The notes under the pieces are model-generated. The model was not told the DNA's origin. It did no database searches and saw only the letters and a list, made by a program, of their open reading frames with translations. A stretch of DNA of 64,000 nt. Source: Candidatus Multivorans sp. Its GTDB lineage: Bacteria > Acidobacteriota > Thermoanaerobaculia > Multivoradales > Multivoraceae. Location: the NCBI GenBank assembly GCA_965224025.1, contig OZ245033.1:1-64000 (forward strand), read 5' to 3'. Within the stretch, counting starts at the first letter, position 1, and each line of letters begins with the position of its first letter. Position numbers and translations under genes: made by a program. Shown here piece by piece: positions 1-9,290 of this stretch.

Positions 1-3000
1 GTTCCCCGGCGTCGCGACGAGCGAGGGGGCGGACAGCGTGCTGATCTCGATCACCGCGGAGGCCACGTCCGCGCCGTAGCCGACGACGGCCGCCCCATCC
101 CTCCTCACGCCCTGGATCCGGGCGTAGAGCCTCTTGTCGAGCTGCGAGCCGGAATAGATCGCGGCCAGAAACGCCGATGTCGGCGGCGCGGCTCCCGAGA
201 CCACCGGATCCCCGCTGGCCAGCCGGGTTTTGGCACCGTCCACGTAGGATGGCTGCCCTGCGTAGTTGACGCCGCCGCCGGGCGCGGGCAGCCCCAGCTG
301 GATCTTCCACAAGTCCGGCTTCGTCGCAACGGCGGCCCACCCCAGGACCATCCCCGGGTCCGCGGGGCTCAGCGTAAACGACGCGATGGTCGCCAGGTCC
401 GGGCCGTCGAGGCCTGACGGAAAGAAACGCACCGACAGCGGCCCGGCCGACGGCTGGGCGCCCTTGCTCCGCACGTGCTCGAGCGCGATCGCCGCGTTCC
501 GGGCCGCGCCTGCGCCGCTGAACGCAGGCGCCGCCGGCGCCGCCGCCTGGAGCCAGTTGTCCAGGTCGTCGAACAGCGCCAGCAGGCTGCCCGGAGCGAG
601 CCGTTTCAGTCGCGCCTCCTCAGTCGACGACACCCCGCCGATGATCACCGTGCGCGAGCCGCCCCAGCCGCCCGCGGCGCCGGACAGGTGCCACTCCGTC
701 GCCAGGTCCACGGCCGCCGCGGTCGGCGCCCTGACGGTGCGGTCGATCACCATCGCCCACTGCGGCACCGTGGGGTCGCCGCCCAGCACGTCGCCAGGGC
801 CGTCGGCATGCAGAACGGCCGACTCGCGCCACCCGGAGCGCGTGCCGCCGCCGACCCACCGCCCGCGGGCCTGATACCAGCCCACCCTCGAAGGCGCGAC
901 CTCGCGGGTCCGCAGGCGTCTCCACGGAGTGTCCGCGACAGCCGCCGCCGAGGTCGGCGCGTACCGGATCTGGATGTCGAGCGCCCTCTGCCGCGGATCG
1001 GCCTCCGCCGACTCGACCCCGACGACCACCTTGGCCAGCGTCCCGAGCGCGCCGTCCTCGTAGTCCTCCTCGCGCAGGGTGACTGCCTTCAGCGGCTTGA
1101 GCCCCGTGGAAATTCGTTTCTCCGGAGACCCCAGGGCGCGCCGGCTCTCCACCACGCCGTACTTGCCGGGCTGGTGGCGGTGGCCCGAGATCCGGTAGCG
1201 GATCGTGTCGACGCGCCGCACCTCCGTCACGCGGTACAGCAGGGGCTTGCGGCCGGCCGTCGCCAGCTCGATCTGGACGACGCCCTGCACCTTGCGCAGC
1301 GGCACAGCCGTGCCGCCCGCCCGCGAGACGCTCAGCCCCCACGTCGCCCCCCCGGCGCCAAACCGGTAGCCGTCAGCCGTGCGGTACTGCGCGAGGCCGG
1401 CCTTGCGGCCCCTGGCATCCCCGGACGCCTCGCCCTCGAGGCGACGCACCCACAGGGACCGGATAAGCGCCGCGTCGGCGGCGCTCACGGCCTGATCGAG
1501 CACGAGCCGGCCGTCGACGGCTGCAGCCTCCACCACGCGCCGCGTCGTCCGCGACGTCGTGACGTCGGAGTCCGCGACCTGGACGACCTGGCCGGGGCGC
1601 ACAAGGGCGTTGTCCCACGTGGCGGTGCAGGAGAACGTCTCCGCCTCGTGCTCCTGCTCGTAGAGCAGCAGCCGGCCTATCCGGTGCGCCTGGCCGCGGG
1701 AGGTGCAGCCCATCGCCGTCACGTCGCGCTGGCGCCAGCCGTACTTCTCGATCAGGTTCCGGGAGATCACCAGCTCCACCGAGGCCCGGAACCCGTCGTC
1801 CGGATCGTTGAACGTGACCGCGACCACCGACGCCCGCTCGTGCCACTCCGGCGCCCGCGACCCGTACTCGAACTCGCCGTCCTGCACGTTCGCGTCGCCG
1901 AGCATGGCCGCCGGGTCCGCGTCGGCGTCCCAGTACAGGCTCAGCTGGCCGCCCTGGAACTCGATCCCGCACCGGCAGGCGCTCTCGATCAGCTTCAGCA
2001 ACCGCCTGGCCTTCATCCGGCGGCTGAACGCCGCGTTGAAGCGCCAGCGCGGCTCCATCGCCGACTCGGCGCCGAGCGCCACGCTCTGGTCGCACCACCG
2101 GCCGAACTCGTAGAACGCGTCCCGCGCCGCCCACGCCGCCGCGCGCATGCCCGGCTCGGCGCCGATGCCCCAATCGACGTTGCGCAGCAGCCCGAAAAGG
2201 ATCCAGGCCGGATTGTCGACCGCGGCCGGGTCCGCCGCCATGGTCCGGCTCCAGACCGGCGGATAGGCTCGGGTGCGCCGATTCCAGCCGGACGGAATTC
2301 CCACTTCCAGGCCGGCGATCTCATAGCTCCGCGCCGGCAACCGGCCGCCCATCCGGTCCGCGTCCAGCGTCAGGCCCACGAGGGCCGACGACTGGTAGGT
2401 CTGGCGCACATGCCTGATCCAGGTGACCGACGCCCAGCGCACCTCGTCGCGCACCGTGTCCGGGTCCGCCGCCGGAACGGTGGTCCGCCGCACCTTGACG
2501 CTGGTCTCCGACCCCAGCGGCAGCACCACGCTCACCTCGCCGGGCGACGTGCGCTTCTCCTGCAGTCGGTAGCCCCAGGTCTTCGAACCGATCGTGATCT
2601 CGACCAGGACCCGCGCCGGCGCGATGTCCCCGTCGAGCTCGCGCCACAGCGCGGCGGCGCGGAGCGTCACCCGGACCGCGTCTGCCTGGCCGGCCCTGTT
2701 CCGCGACGTCGCGGCCGTTCCCAGCGCGACGTCGACCTGCTGCTGCGTCTCGACTGCGTCGATCGTGTCCAGGCCCGTCTGGCCAGCGCCGCCGCGCAGC
2801 AACTCCAGGTCGACCACGCCGCTGAAATTGTATTGGCCCGCCGCCGTCCTCAGGGGCGTGCCGTCCAGGAACACGCTGGCCAGGCGATTCTCCTCATCCG
2901 GGAACGAGATCGCCGCTCCGGCGCCCGCGGTGAGCGCGCCGGCGCCGCCCTCCCTGAGGAACCGGATCTTCCCCGCCGCAGTGACCGATTGGACCGCGCC

Positions 3001-4044
3001 GGCAAGCCACGCGGCCCCTCGGTCGATGCGGACCTTGCAGCCGGCGCACGCCGCTGTCTCCAGGACGTCTCCGTCGTCGTCCGCGGAGACATCCAGGTCG
3101 TACAGATCGTCATCAGGCGATCCGAACACCTTCAGCACCGCCTCGCCGGCGGCCGCGGCGCCGCTCAGGATCAGCGACCTGGTCAGCACCACGCCCGGGT
3201 CGCGCAAGCCCTCGATCTTCCCCTCGCCCAGCATCTCCACGATCCGGACCCGGCTCACGCCGTCCAGCTTCGCCGGCGCGTAGCGGTCCGGAGTCGGCGG
3301 GTCGCCCGGCTGCCGGTCGCCGGGGCCCGGGGGATCCGTACCGGTGTCGTCGTCGTCCGGATCCGGCAAGTCCGGACCCTGGGGGCCGGGGTCGGGTGGC
3401 TCCTCGGTGCGCACGGTCGAGAGCACGGCGCCGAACACGGAGTGCGTCTCCGGCCGGCCGGCGCCACCCCCGATCTGCCGACTCGGCTGCGGAAGCTGAA
3501 TGATGCCGCCGTCGCCGCCGCCGCCCGTCTCGTCCAGGTCGGACGACGTCGAGGCCGAGACGACCACCGACCCCACCCGGACCCGCGTGCCGAAGACGAG
3601 CGGCACGGGGCCGCCCTGTTCGACCGAGTTCACCGGCCCACTGAACAGGTGCCGCTGCCGGTTGCCGGGCTCCTCCCGGTCCGCGTAGTCGCGGACCGAG
3701 GGCAGCGTGGCGATGGAGTAGGCGGTCGCGGCCAGGGTCGCGCCGACGATCGTCCAGTACACCCACGGCGCCACCGCCGCCGGACCCTCGAACCTCGCGG
3801 TCGGCGCCGCGCGCAGCTCGAGCGACCGCGCCGGGCGGGCCAGGGCAGCGCCGAGGGCGGCCTCCTGGACCTCCAGGCCGTCGACGCGGACCGACCAGGC
3901 CCCGGCGCGCACCAGGTCCTCGGCGCCGGGCACCTCGAACAGCGCCCGCAGACCGGCGCCGGCGGACGGCGCCTCCCCGACGTCGACCTCGTCTGCGCCC
4001 AGCAGCTCCCGGAGTTCGGGCGCGCCCTGGACACGGACGATCAT
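1..4044 (-). CDS. Tail tip protein: gpI-like N-terminus fused to gpJ-like host-specificity protein (partial, >1340 aa)
   Basis: ATG at 4044 overlaps the K stop (ATGA), and the frame stays open to base 1, which is why it is absent from the ORF track. Motifs: gpI-like LFSGPVNSVEQGGPVPLVFG..RVGSVVVSA; gpJ-like LGEGKIEGL, SVFLDGTPL, DNPAWIL, WCDQ..EPRWRFN, GCTSRGQAHRIG. Confidence 0.85.
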   Translation of the reverse strand, partial: MIVRVQGAPELRELLGADEVDVGEAPSAGAGLRALFEVPGAEDLVRAGAWSVRVDGLEVQEAALGAALARPARSLELRAAPTARFEGPAAVAPWVYWTIVGATLAATAYSIATLPSVRDYADREEPGNRQRHLFSGPVNSVEQGGPVPLVFGTRVRVGSVVVSASTSSDLDETGGGGDGGIIQLPQPSRQIGGGAGRPETHSVFGAVLSTVRTEEPPDPGPQGPDLPDPDDDDTGTDPPGPGDRQPGDPPTPDRYAPAKLDGVSRVRIVEMLGEGKIEGLRDPGVVLTRSLILSGAAAAGEAVLKVFGSPDDDLYDLDVSADDDGDVLETAACAGCKVRIDRGAAWLAGAVQSVTAAGKIRFLREGGAGALTAGAGAAISFPDEENRLASVFLDGTPLRTAAGQYNFSGVVDLELLRGGAGQTGLDTIDAVETQQQVDVALGTAATSRNRAGQADAVRVTLRAAALWRELDGDIAPARVLVEITIGSKTWGYRLQEKRTSPGEVSVVLPLGSETSVKVRRTTVPAADPDTVRDEVRWASVTWIRHVRQTYQSSALVGLTLDADRMGGRLPARSYEIAGLEVGIPSGWNRRTRAYPPVWSRTMAADPAAVDNPAWILFGLLRNVDWGIGAEPGMRAAAWAARDAFYEFGRWCDQSVALGAESAMEPRWRFNAAFSRRMKARRLLKLIESACRCGIEFQGGQLSLYWDADADPAAMLGDANVQDGEFEYGSRAPEWHERASVVAVTFNDPDDGFRASVELVISRNLIEKYGWRQRDVTAMGCTSRGQAHRIGRLLLYEQEHEAETFSCTATWDNALVRPGQVVQVADSDVTTSRTTRRVVEAAAVDGRLVLDQAVSAADAALIRSLWVRRLEGEASGDARGRKAGLAQYRTADGYRFGAGGATWGLSVSRAGGTAVPLRKVQGVVQIELATAGRKPLLYRVTEVRRVDTIRYRISGHRHQPGKYGVVESRRALGSPEKRISTGLKPLKAVTLREEDYEDGALGTLAKVVVGVESAEADPRQRALDIQIRYAPTSAAAVADTPWRRLRTREVAPSRVGWYQARGRWVGGGTRSGWRESAVLHADGPGDVLGGDPTVPQWAMVIDRTVRAPTAAAVDLATEWHLSGAAGGWGGSRTVIIGGVSSTEEARLKRLAPGSLLALFDDLDNWLQAAAPAAPAFSGAGAARNAAIALEHVRSKGAQPSAGPLSVRFFPSGLDGPDLATIASFTLSPADPGMVLGWAAVATKPDLWKIQLGLPAPGGGVNYAGQPSYVDGAKTRLASGDPVVSGAAPPTSAFLAAIYSGSQLDKRLYARIQGVRRDGAAVVGYGADVASAVIEISTLSAPSLVATPGN

Positions 4045-4871
4045 GCCGGCCGCGGCCTCACCGCCAGTGCCACGTGGCGGCCCCACCGCCCCAGCGGCTC
4101 ACGCCGGGACAGCGCGCACGGGGCGTCCGGCGCCGGGGAGCCCGGGTGGTGCAGGATGCGGCCGCCCTCCAGCAGCACCGCGCAGTGCTCCACGACGGGC
4201 GCGCGCAGCCGCATGAGCAGCAGATCCCCGGGTCGCTCCGTGCCGCGCGCCAGCACCCCCCAGCCGGCCTCCGCCAGGCCGGCCAGGAACAGGTCCTTCC
4301 CGCGCCGCTGCCAGCCCCAGCCGTAGGCCATGGGCGGCACGTCGAAGCCTTGCGCGCGCAGCCAGTGGCCGGCCAGCGTCCAGCAGTCGGAGACTCCGTG
4401 CAGCCACGGGCGGCCCTGCCAGGGCGGACTCGCGGCCGGCAGCTTCGCCGCCGCCGGCCCCTGGGCGAACAGCGACGGGCCACCGGCGCGCGGAGAGCCG
4501 GCGCGGCGCGCCGCGTACGCGGCCGCGAGATCGATCGGCGGCCGGCTGCCGGGATCGGCGCCGCCCAGGGCTTCCTCGGCGAGCTCCGGGCCGACCACCG
4601 GCACGACGCCGCACGGCAGGCCCATCGCCACCTGCGCCGTCATGTCGGCCTTGGACGGGAACCGCTCGCCTCCGGGATGCGAATGCAGGACGACCGCCGC
4701 TTCGTCCCGGGGCGGCCAGACGTGCTCCACGTGGCCGCCTCCGGAGGTCAACGCGGAGAGCGGCCGGAAGCCGCCGCCGGCTGCCACGTAGCCCGCAGCT
4801 TCGTCGGGCCAGGCCGCCTCGAAGTACCGCCGCGCCTCGCTGTCGGCGGCCGCCGGCACCAGGTGGCTCAC
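4041..4871 (-). CDS. Tail assembly protein K (JAB/MPN + NlpC/P60)
   Basis: HSHP..PSKAD JAB motif; GRPWLHGVSDCWTL and HCAV NlpC motifs. GTG start overlaps the L stop. Confidence 0.88.
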   Translation of the reverse strand: MSHLVPAAADSEARRYFEAAWPDEAAGYVAAGGGFRPLSALTSGGGHVEHVWPPRDEAAVVLHSHPGGERFPSKADMTAQVAMGLPCGVVPVVGPELAEEALGGADPGSRPPIDLAAAYAARRAGSPRAGGPSLFAQGPAAAKLPAASPPWQGRPWLHGVSDCWTLAGHWLRAQGFDVPPMAYGWGWQRRGKDLFLAGLAEAGWGVLARGTERPGDLLLMRLRAPVVEHCAVLLEGGRILHHPGSPAPDAPCALSRREPLGRWGRHVALAVRPRPA

Positions 4872-5578
4872 CGCGGCCTCGCGGCGCCGCCGACGCCCAG
4901 GAAACCACCGAAGGGCAGCGCCGCCGGATCCGGGAAACGCAGCCGGCAGCCGGCAGGCGTGCCGCTGCAGTTGTCCTGGCTGCTGTCCGACGTCGGATTG
5001 TCCGAGACGTCGAACCGCGCCGCGCCCCGGTACGGGCACTGCGCCTTCGCGTAGTCCCACGACGCGCCGGTCCAGAGGCGGTACCGCCAGGGGCAGTACT
5101 CGCGGAGCACCTGCCGCCGGGGCAGGTGCAGGTGGACCAGCTCGAGCGGCGTGGTGAGTTCGAACTCGACCTCGGCGCGGGTCCGGGAGCGCTCCCGGCC
5201 AATCCACAGCATCTCCTCGTGGTACGCCGCGCTGTCCGCGTCGGCCGCTCCGTCGAGATGCCGGGCCAGTGTCTGTCGCCAGCGCAGGCGGTAGCCCAGC
5301 CAGTCGTCGCCGCGCGGATCGCCGGTGATCACCGGGTCGAGCCGGCCCAGGGTGAGCCGGGGAGAGCCGCCGCTCGAGCGCGCGCCGCCGCCGAAGCCGA
5401 GCCCGGACACGGCGATCGGCACGGGGTCGTAGCGCTCGCCGCCGAAGAGGATCGCCGTGCCGTCGGCCCGCGGACCGGGCGAGAACCGGAACAGGATCGC
5501 GTTCGCGTCGGTCTGGATCTCGAACAGGTCGACCACCGCGCCGGCGTCGAGGTCGAGGCGGGTGGCGAGATCAGGCAT
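4868..5578 (-). CDS. Minor tail protein L
   Basis: CPWRYR..C..C..GCRLRF..LPFGGF Cys-rich C-terminus typical of lambda gpL. Confidence 0.9.
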   Translation of the reverse strand: MPDLATRLDLDAGAVVDLFEIQTDANAILFRFSPGPRADGTAILFGGERYDPVPIAVSGLGFGGGARSSGGSPRLTLGRLDPVITGDPRGDDWLGYRLRWRQTLARHLDGAADADSAAYHEEMLWIGRERSRTRAEVEFELTTPLELVHLHLPRRQVLREYCPWRYRLWTGASWDYAKAQCPYRGAARFDVSDNPTSDSSQDNCSGTPAGCRLRFPDPAALPFGGFLGVGGAARPR

Positions 5579-5915
5579 ATCGCCGCTCCAGCGTCGCCTG
5601 GACGTTGTACACGCCGCTGCTGACGATCTCCGTCGACCACGAGACGCAGACCCACTTGCGCTGCGCGCTGTCCAGCGGCGACTGCCACAGGAACCGCTCG
5701 TGGCCGGCGCGGGCGGCGAAGAAGTCCACCAGGGTGTCGTGCGCCGCCTGGTCGAGCGCCTTCCACACCGCCCGCCACGAGCGCGCCAGGGCGTTCACGC
5801 CCTGGGCGGCGTCCTGGACGTGGCCGTCGCCCAGGCGCAGGCGGTCCACGAGCGGCTCGACCTGGACCGACGAGCCGACGGACAGCGGCGCGGTGGGCAG
5901 CGACGGCGTGGCCAT
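5571..5915 (-). CDS. Minor tail protein M (distal tail)
   Basis: LGDGHVQ..GVN..W and F.W..P motifs; lies between tape measure and L with overlapping start/stop codons. Confidence 0.85.
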   Translation of the reverse strand: MATPSLPTAPLSVGSSVQVEPLVDRLRLGDGHVQDAAQGVNALARSWRAVWKALDQAAHDTLVDFFAARAGHERFLWQSPLDSAQRKWVCVSWSTEIVSSGVYNVQATLERRYA

Positions 5916-8431
5916 CAGACGGAGTCTCCGTCCGGGTCGAGCGCGCCCAGCGGGCGGCGCTCCTCGCGCACGAACTCGAGGAACAGCGGGCGCAGGCCCG
6001 TCGCCACGCCGCGGCCCGCCTCGCGGCCCCACAGGGCGGCGTCGTCCGGGCGGCCGCCCATCGGCGCCTGGACGACCACCTCGACGCGCGGCGCGAAGAC
6101 GGGCGCGCGGCCGCCGGCGGCGGCGCCGACGCCCAGGCGGCCGCTCGGCAGCCGGCGCAGGGGAAGGATCGCCTCGGGGCCCGCCTCGCCCGCCAGGCCG
6201 CGGCGGCCGCCGCCGAACGAGAACTCCGCGCGGCGGTCGATCACGCCGCCGTAGGCGAACGCCTGGGGGGGCCTCTGTGAACGGATCGCCGCGATCTGCG
6301 CCGCGCCGGCGGCCAGGATCAGGCCCATCATCACCGGCCGCAGCCACGTCGGCTGGATCGTCGTGTCTGCCAGGACGTCCGTCGCGCCCTTGGCCGTTGA
6401 AACCGCCGCGCTCGCCAACGCCGCGGCCTGGTGCAGCCGGAAAGCCTTGGCGTTCGCGTTCGCGAACTGCCCGAGGCCGCCCGTGATTCGGCGCAGGGCC
6501 TCGTCCGCCACGCCGAGCGATCCCGCCAGGTCGGCCTGCTCGCCCGCGGCCTCACCGGACGCGGCCGACCCGGCGGACATCCAGCCCACGAACGCCTGCA
6601 TCCTGGCGTTTCGCGACTCCGCCTGGGCCTCCAACTCTTTCGTCAGCTTCCGCTCCGCCAGCGCCTCGGCCTCCAGGCCGGCGAGCACCTGCGGCGTGGC
6701 GTCCGCGTGCGCCCGGCGGACCTGCGCCAGCAGTTCGCGGGCCTCGCGCTCCTCCTCGATCACCTTCAGGGCTTCCAGTCCTCCCTGCCGCAGCCGCTCG
6801 TTCTCCTCGCGCAACAGCACGAGCGCGGCGGCCGACGCCTGCGCCGAGTCGGCGCGTTCGCGGTCCGCGGCCGCGGCGCGCTCCTGGGCCTCGCGTTCGC
6901 GGTCAGCGATTTTCCCCAGCCTGGCGATGCCCTCGCTCCGGATCGTCTCCGCGCGCCGGAGCAATCGCTCGCGCTGCTCGCCATCCGCCACCGCTTCGAT
7001 CTTTCTCACGCGGTCCTGGTAGTCGAGCTGAATCCGTTCGCGCGCAGTCGCGAACTCGCGCTCGAGACGCAACATCTCGCGCAGGCGTTCCGGATCCGGC
7101 TCCGCGGACGGATCCGGCGGCGCCGCGGCGCCGGACGGATCGATCTCGCCGGCGCGCTGCAGTTCCTCCCGCAGAATGTCGATCCGCGGCTGCAGCAGCG
7201 CGGCCAGCCGGCGGCCGATGATGGAGTCGGCGGTCACGCCGGCCCCCTCGGCCACGGCCTCCAGCTCGCGCACAAAGCCGCCAACCAGGTCGCGCATCTC
7301 CTGCTCGTCCATGCCGATCAGGTCACGGGCCGTCAGCGGATCCGAGTCCAGCTCGTACACCCTGACCGTCTGGCTCCGAATCCGCCTGGCCCGCGACATA
7401 CCCTCCGTCATCCGCTGCACCGTCGCGGCCACGAACCCCGACGTCTCCTCCAGCCCCTCGCGGAAGCTCTCCCGGATCTCGTTGCGCAGGGCCCTGAAGC
7501 TCGACCTGATGCCCGCTTCGACGCTCTCGTACGTCCTGTCCGTCCACTCACCCGACGCCAGGACCGCGTCAATCAGCCGCTCGGCGGTGATCTCGCCCTC
7601 GGACGCCAACTCACGCAAATTGGCCCTCGTCACGTCGATGTCGATCTGGCCCGATTCCCTGAGCTTCCGGAAGCCGATGATCAGCCCCTGCTGCACGCCC
7701 AGAAGATTTTCCATCACCGACCTCAGCTCGTCGCCCTGCAGCCTGCCCGAGGCCAGGCCCTGGGCAAACTGAATCAGGCCGGCCTGCGCCTCGCTGCCCA
7801 CGCTGCCGCCGATCGCGAGCTGCTTGTTCAGCAGCTCGACCACGCGGACGCTCTGTGACGCGGGGCGGTCGAGATGTTCGAGCGCAAGCGCCAGCCGGCT
7901 GTATGTCACCACCGTGCCGTCGATCGCCGTCCGCGTGCGCACCGAGACGTCCAGGAGCTGGGACCGCACCGCCGCGAGTTCAGCCTCCGACTCCGTCACC
8001 AGGCGCAGGCGGTTGTCGAGCTCCCGGTTCGCTTCCGCCGCGTCCAGCGCCGCGCCCCCCAGCTGCCGAAGGGACACGAGCAGGCCGCCGCCCAGACCCA
8101 GGCCGTAGGCGATCGCCCGCCCATGCGCGGCGAGAAACGCCGAAGCAAGGCCCCGGGTGCGCCGCGCCGCTCCCGCGGAGGCCCTGCCTGCCCTGTCGGC
8201 GGCCCGGGCCGCTCTGTCGACCGCGGCCGCCTGACGCGTCGACACCGTCGACACCACCTGGCCCTGGGCGCCGTACAGCTTCAGGGCGCCGGCCGCCTGT
8301 TTTGTCTCGCTGCTGGACCGCCGTACCGTCCCGGCGAGCCGGCCGACTCGCTTGTCCGCCGCGGTCACCGCGCCGACGAACCCCTTGGCGTCGGCCGTCA
8401 GGCGCAGCGCGAGGCGGTACTCAGCGGGCAT
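5915..8431 (-). CDS. Tail tape measure protein (838 aa)
   Basis: QFAQGLASGRLQGDELRSVMEN tape-measure domain, coiled-coil middle, C-terminal GLAGEAGPEAILPL. Confidence 0.92.
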   Translation of the reverse strand: MPAEYRLALRLTADAKGFVGAVTAADKRVGRLAGTVRRSSSETKQAAGALKLYGAQGQVVSTVSTRQAAAVDRAARAADRAGRASAGAARRTRGLASAFLAAHGRAIAYGLGLGGGLLVSLRQLGGAALDAAEANRELDNRLRLVTESEAELAAVRSQLLDVSVRTRTAIDGTVVTYSRLALALEHLDRPASQSVRVVELLNKQLAIGGSVGSEAQAGLIQFAQGLASGRLQGDELRSVMENLLGVQQGLIIGFRKLRESGQIDIDVTRANLRELASEGEITAERLIDAVLASGEWTDRTYESVEAGIRSSFRALRNEIRESFREGLEETSGFVAATVQRMTEGMSRARRIRSQTVRVYELDSDPLTARDLIGMDEQEMRDLVGGFVRELEAVAEGAGVTADSIIGRRLAALLQPRIDILREELQRAGEIDPSGAAAPPDPSAEPDPERLREMLRLEREFATARERIQLDYQDRVRKIEAVADGEQRERLLRRAETIRSEGIARLGKIADREREAQERAAAADRERADSAQASAAALVLLREENERLRQGGLEALKVIEEEREARELLAQVRRAHADATPQVLAGLEAEALAERKLTKELEAQAESRNARMQAFVGWMSAGSAASGEAAGEQADLAGSLGVADEALRRITGGLGQFANANAKAFRLHQAAALASAAVSTAKGATDVLADTTIQPTWLRPVMMGLILAAGAAQIAAIRSQRPPQAFAYGGVIDRRAEFSFGGGRRGLAGEAGPEAILPLRRLPSGRLGVGAAAGGRAPVFAPRVEVVVQAPMGGRPDDAALWGREAGRGVATGLRPLFLEFVREERRPLGALDPDGDSV

Positions 8432-8447
8432 TTGCTAGGGTTCCCCC

Positions 8448-8564
8448 ATGTGGGGGTTTGTCATCATGACGCTGTACGCGGCAGTAATCGGCGGCACCGC
8501 CTGCGCGCTGGTGATCCGGGCCGTCATCGCCGCCCTCTCGTTCGCCGCCGACCAGCAACGCTGA
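8448..8564 (+). CDS. Possible 38-aa hydrophobic membrane peptide (moron-like)
   Basis: MWGFVIMTLYAAVIGGTACALVIRAVIAALSFAADQQR fills the only gap in the tail operon, on the opposite strand. Confidence 0.35.
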   Translation: MWGFVIMTLYAAVIGGTACALVIRAVIAALSFAADQQR

Positions 8565-8579
8565 GGCGGGCGGGCTCGG

Positions 8580-8948
8580 TCACCGCCACCGCGGCTGCGC
8601 GTCGAGCGCCGCGGCCTCCATCTCGCGCAGCAGCTCGAATACCCGCCGCCAGCGCAGCGAGCGGCCCGACGCCTCCTTGCCCAGGCCGTCCGCGGTCACG
8701 CCCCGCACCGCGGCCCGGGCGCCCGCGTAGTCCAGGCCCAGCAGCCCGCCGGCAGGGCCGATCCGCCACTGGGTCGCGCAGGCCGAGAACGCTCGCGCGG
8801 CGTCCCACGCCGAAGGTAGCACCCAGCACGCCGGCTCCTCGCGGACAACAGCCCCTACGTCGATGCCGAACGCCCGCGCGTCTTCCTGTCGGTCGTCGCG
8901 GCCGCGGCGAGCGACGAACCGCCGGCCGACCGCGCGGGCGTTTTTCCC
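8580..8948 (-). CDS. Tail chaperone GT extension (DUF1799-like), reached by -1 frameshift
   Basis: TQWR..GLDY..EMEAAAL motif; the -1 frame is open from the slippery site GGGAAAA (8948-8942) to the stop at 8580. Confidence 0.8.
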   Translation of the reverse strand, partial: GKNARAVGRRFVARRGRDDRQEDARAFGIDVGAVVREEPACWVLPSAWDAARAFSACATQWRIGPAGGLLGLDYAGARAAVRGVTADGLGKEASGRSLRWRRVFELLREMEAAALDAQPRWR

Positions 8949-9262
8949 GGCAGCCCGAGCGAGAAGCGCTCGAAAGCGGCGGCCACGCCGCGCGCGAAGT
9001 AGGCGATCCCGGCCAGCTTCTCGACGTTCGCGGGCGAGAAATCGAGCGGCTTGCCGTCGTGGCCCTCGATGCCGTCCCAGCCGGCGAGGACGCAGAGCAT
9101 GAACTGCGGGTCGCCTTCGAGAGCCGCGGCCCGGACGGCCGCGGGGGCCGGCAGCCGGAAGTGCGCCGTGAATTCCCGCTCCTCCGGTCCGCCGGAAGCG
9201 GGCACCGAGATCGTGACCGCCGTCTCGTAGACGGCGTCGGGGTCGGCCAGCCTGAACGTCAT
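8855..9262 (-). CDS. Tail assembly chaperone G
   Basis: EFTAHFR..GWDGI..DGKPLDFS..N motif; position between tube and tape measure genes. Confidence 0.8.
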   Translation of the reverse strand: MTFRLADPDAVYETAVTISVPASGGPEEREFTAHFRLPAPAAVRAAALEGDPQFMLCVLAGWDGIEGHDGKPLDFSPANVEKLAGIAYFARGVAAAFERFSLGLPGKTPARSAGGSSLAAAATTDRKTRGRSAST

Positions 9263-9290
9263 GCGATTCCTCCTCGACCAGGGGGTCCGC

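Noticed and set aside
475-4326. 1283-aa + strand ORF and similar long antisense ORFs (e.g. 16293-18563, 29458-31827, 34287-36737, 49803-51803)
   Set aside because: Antisense shadows of real genes in high-GC DNA; no protein motifs.
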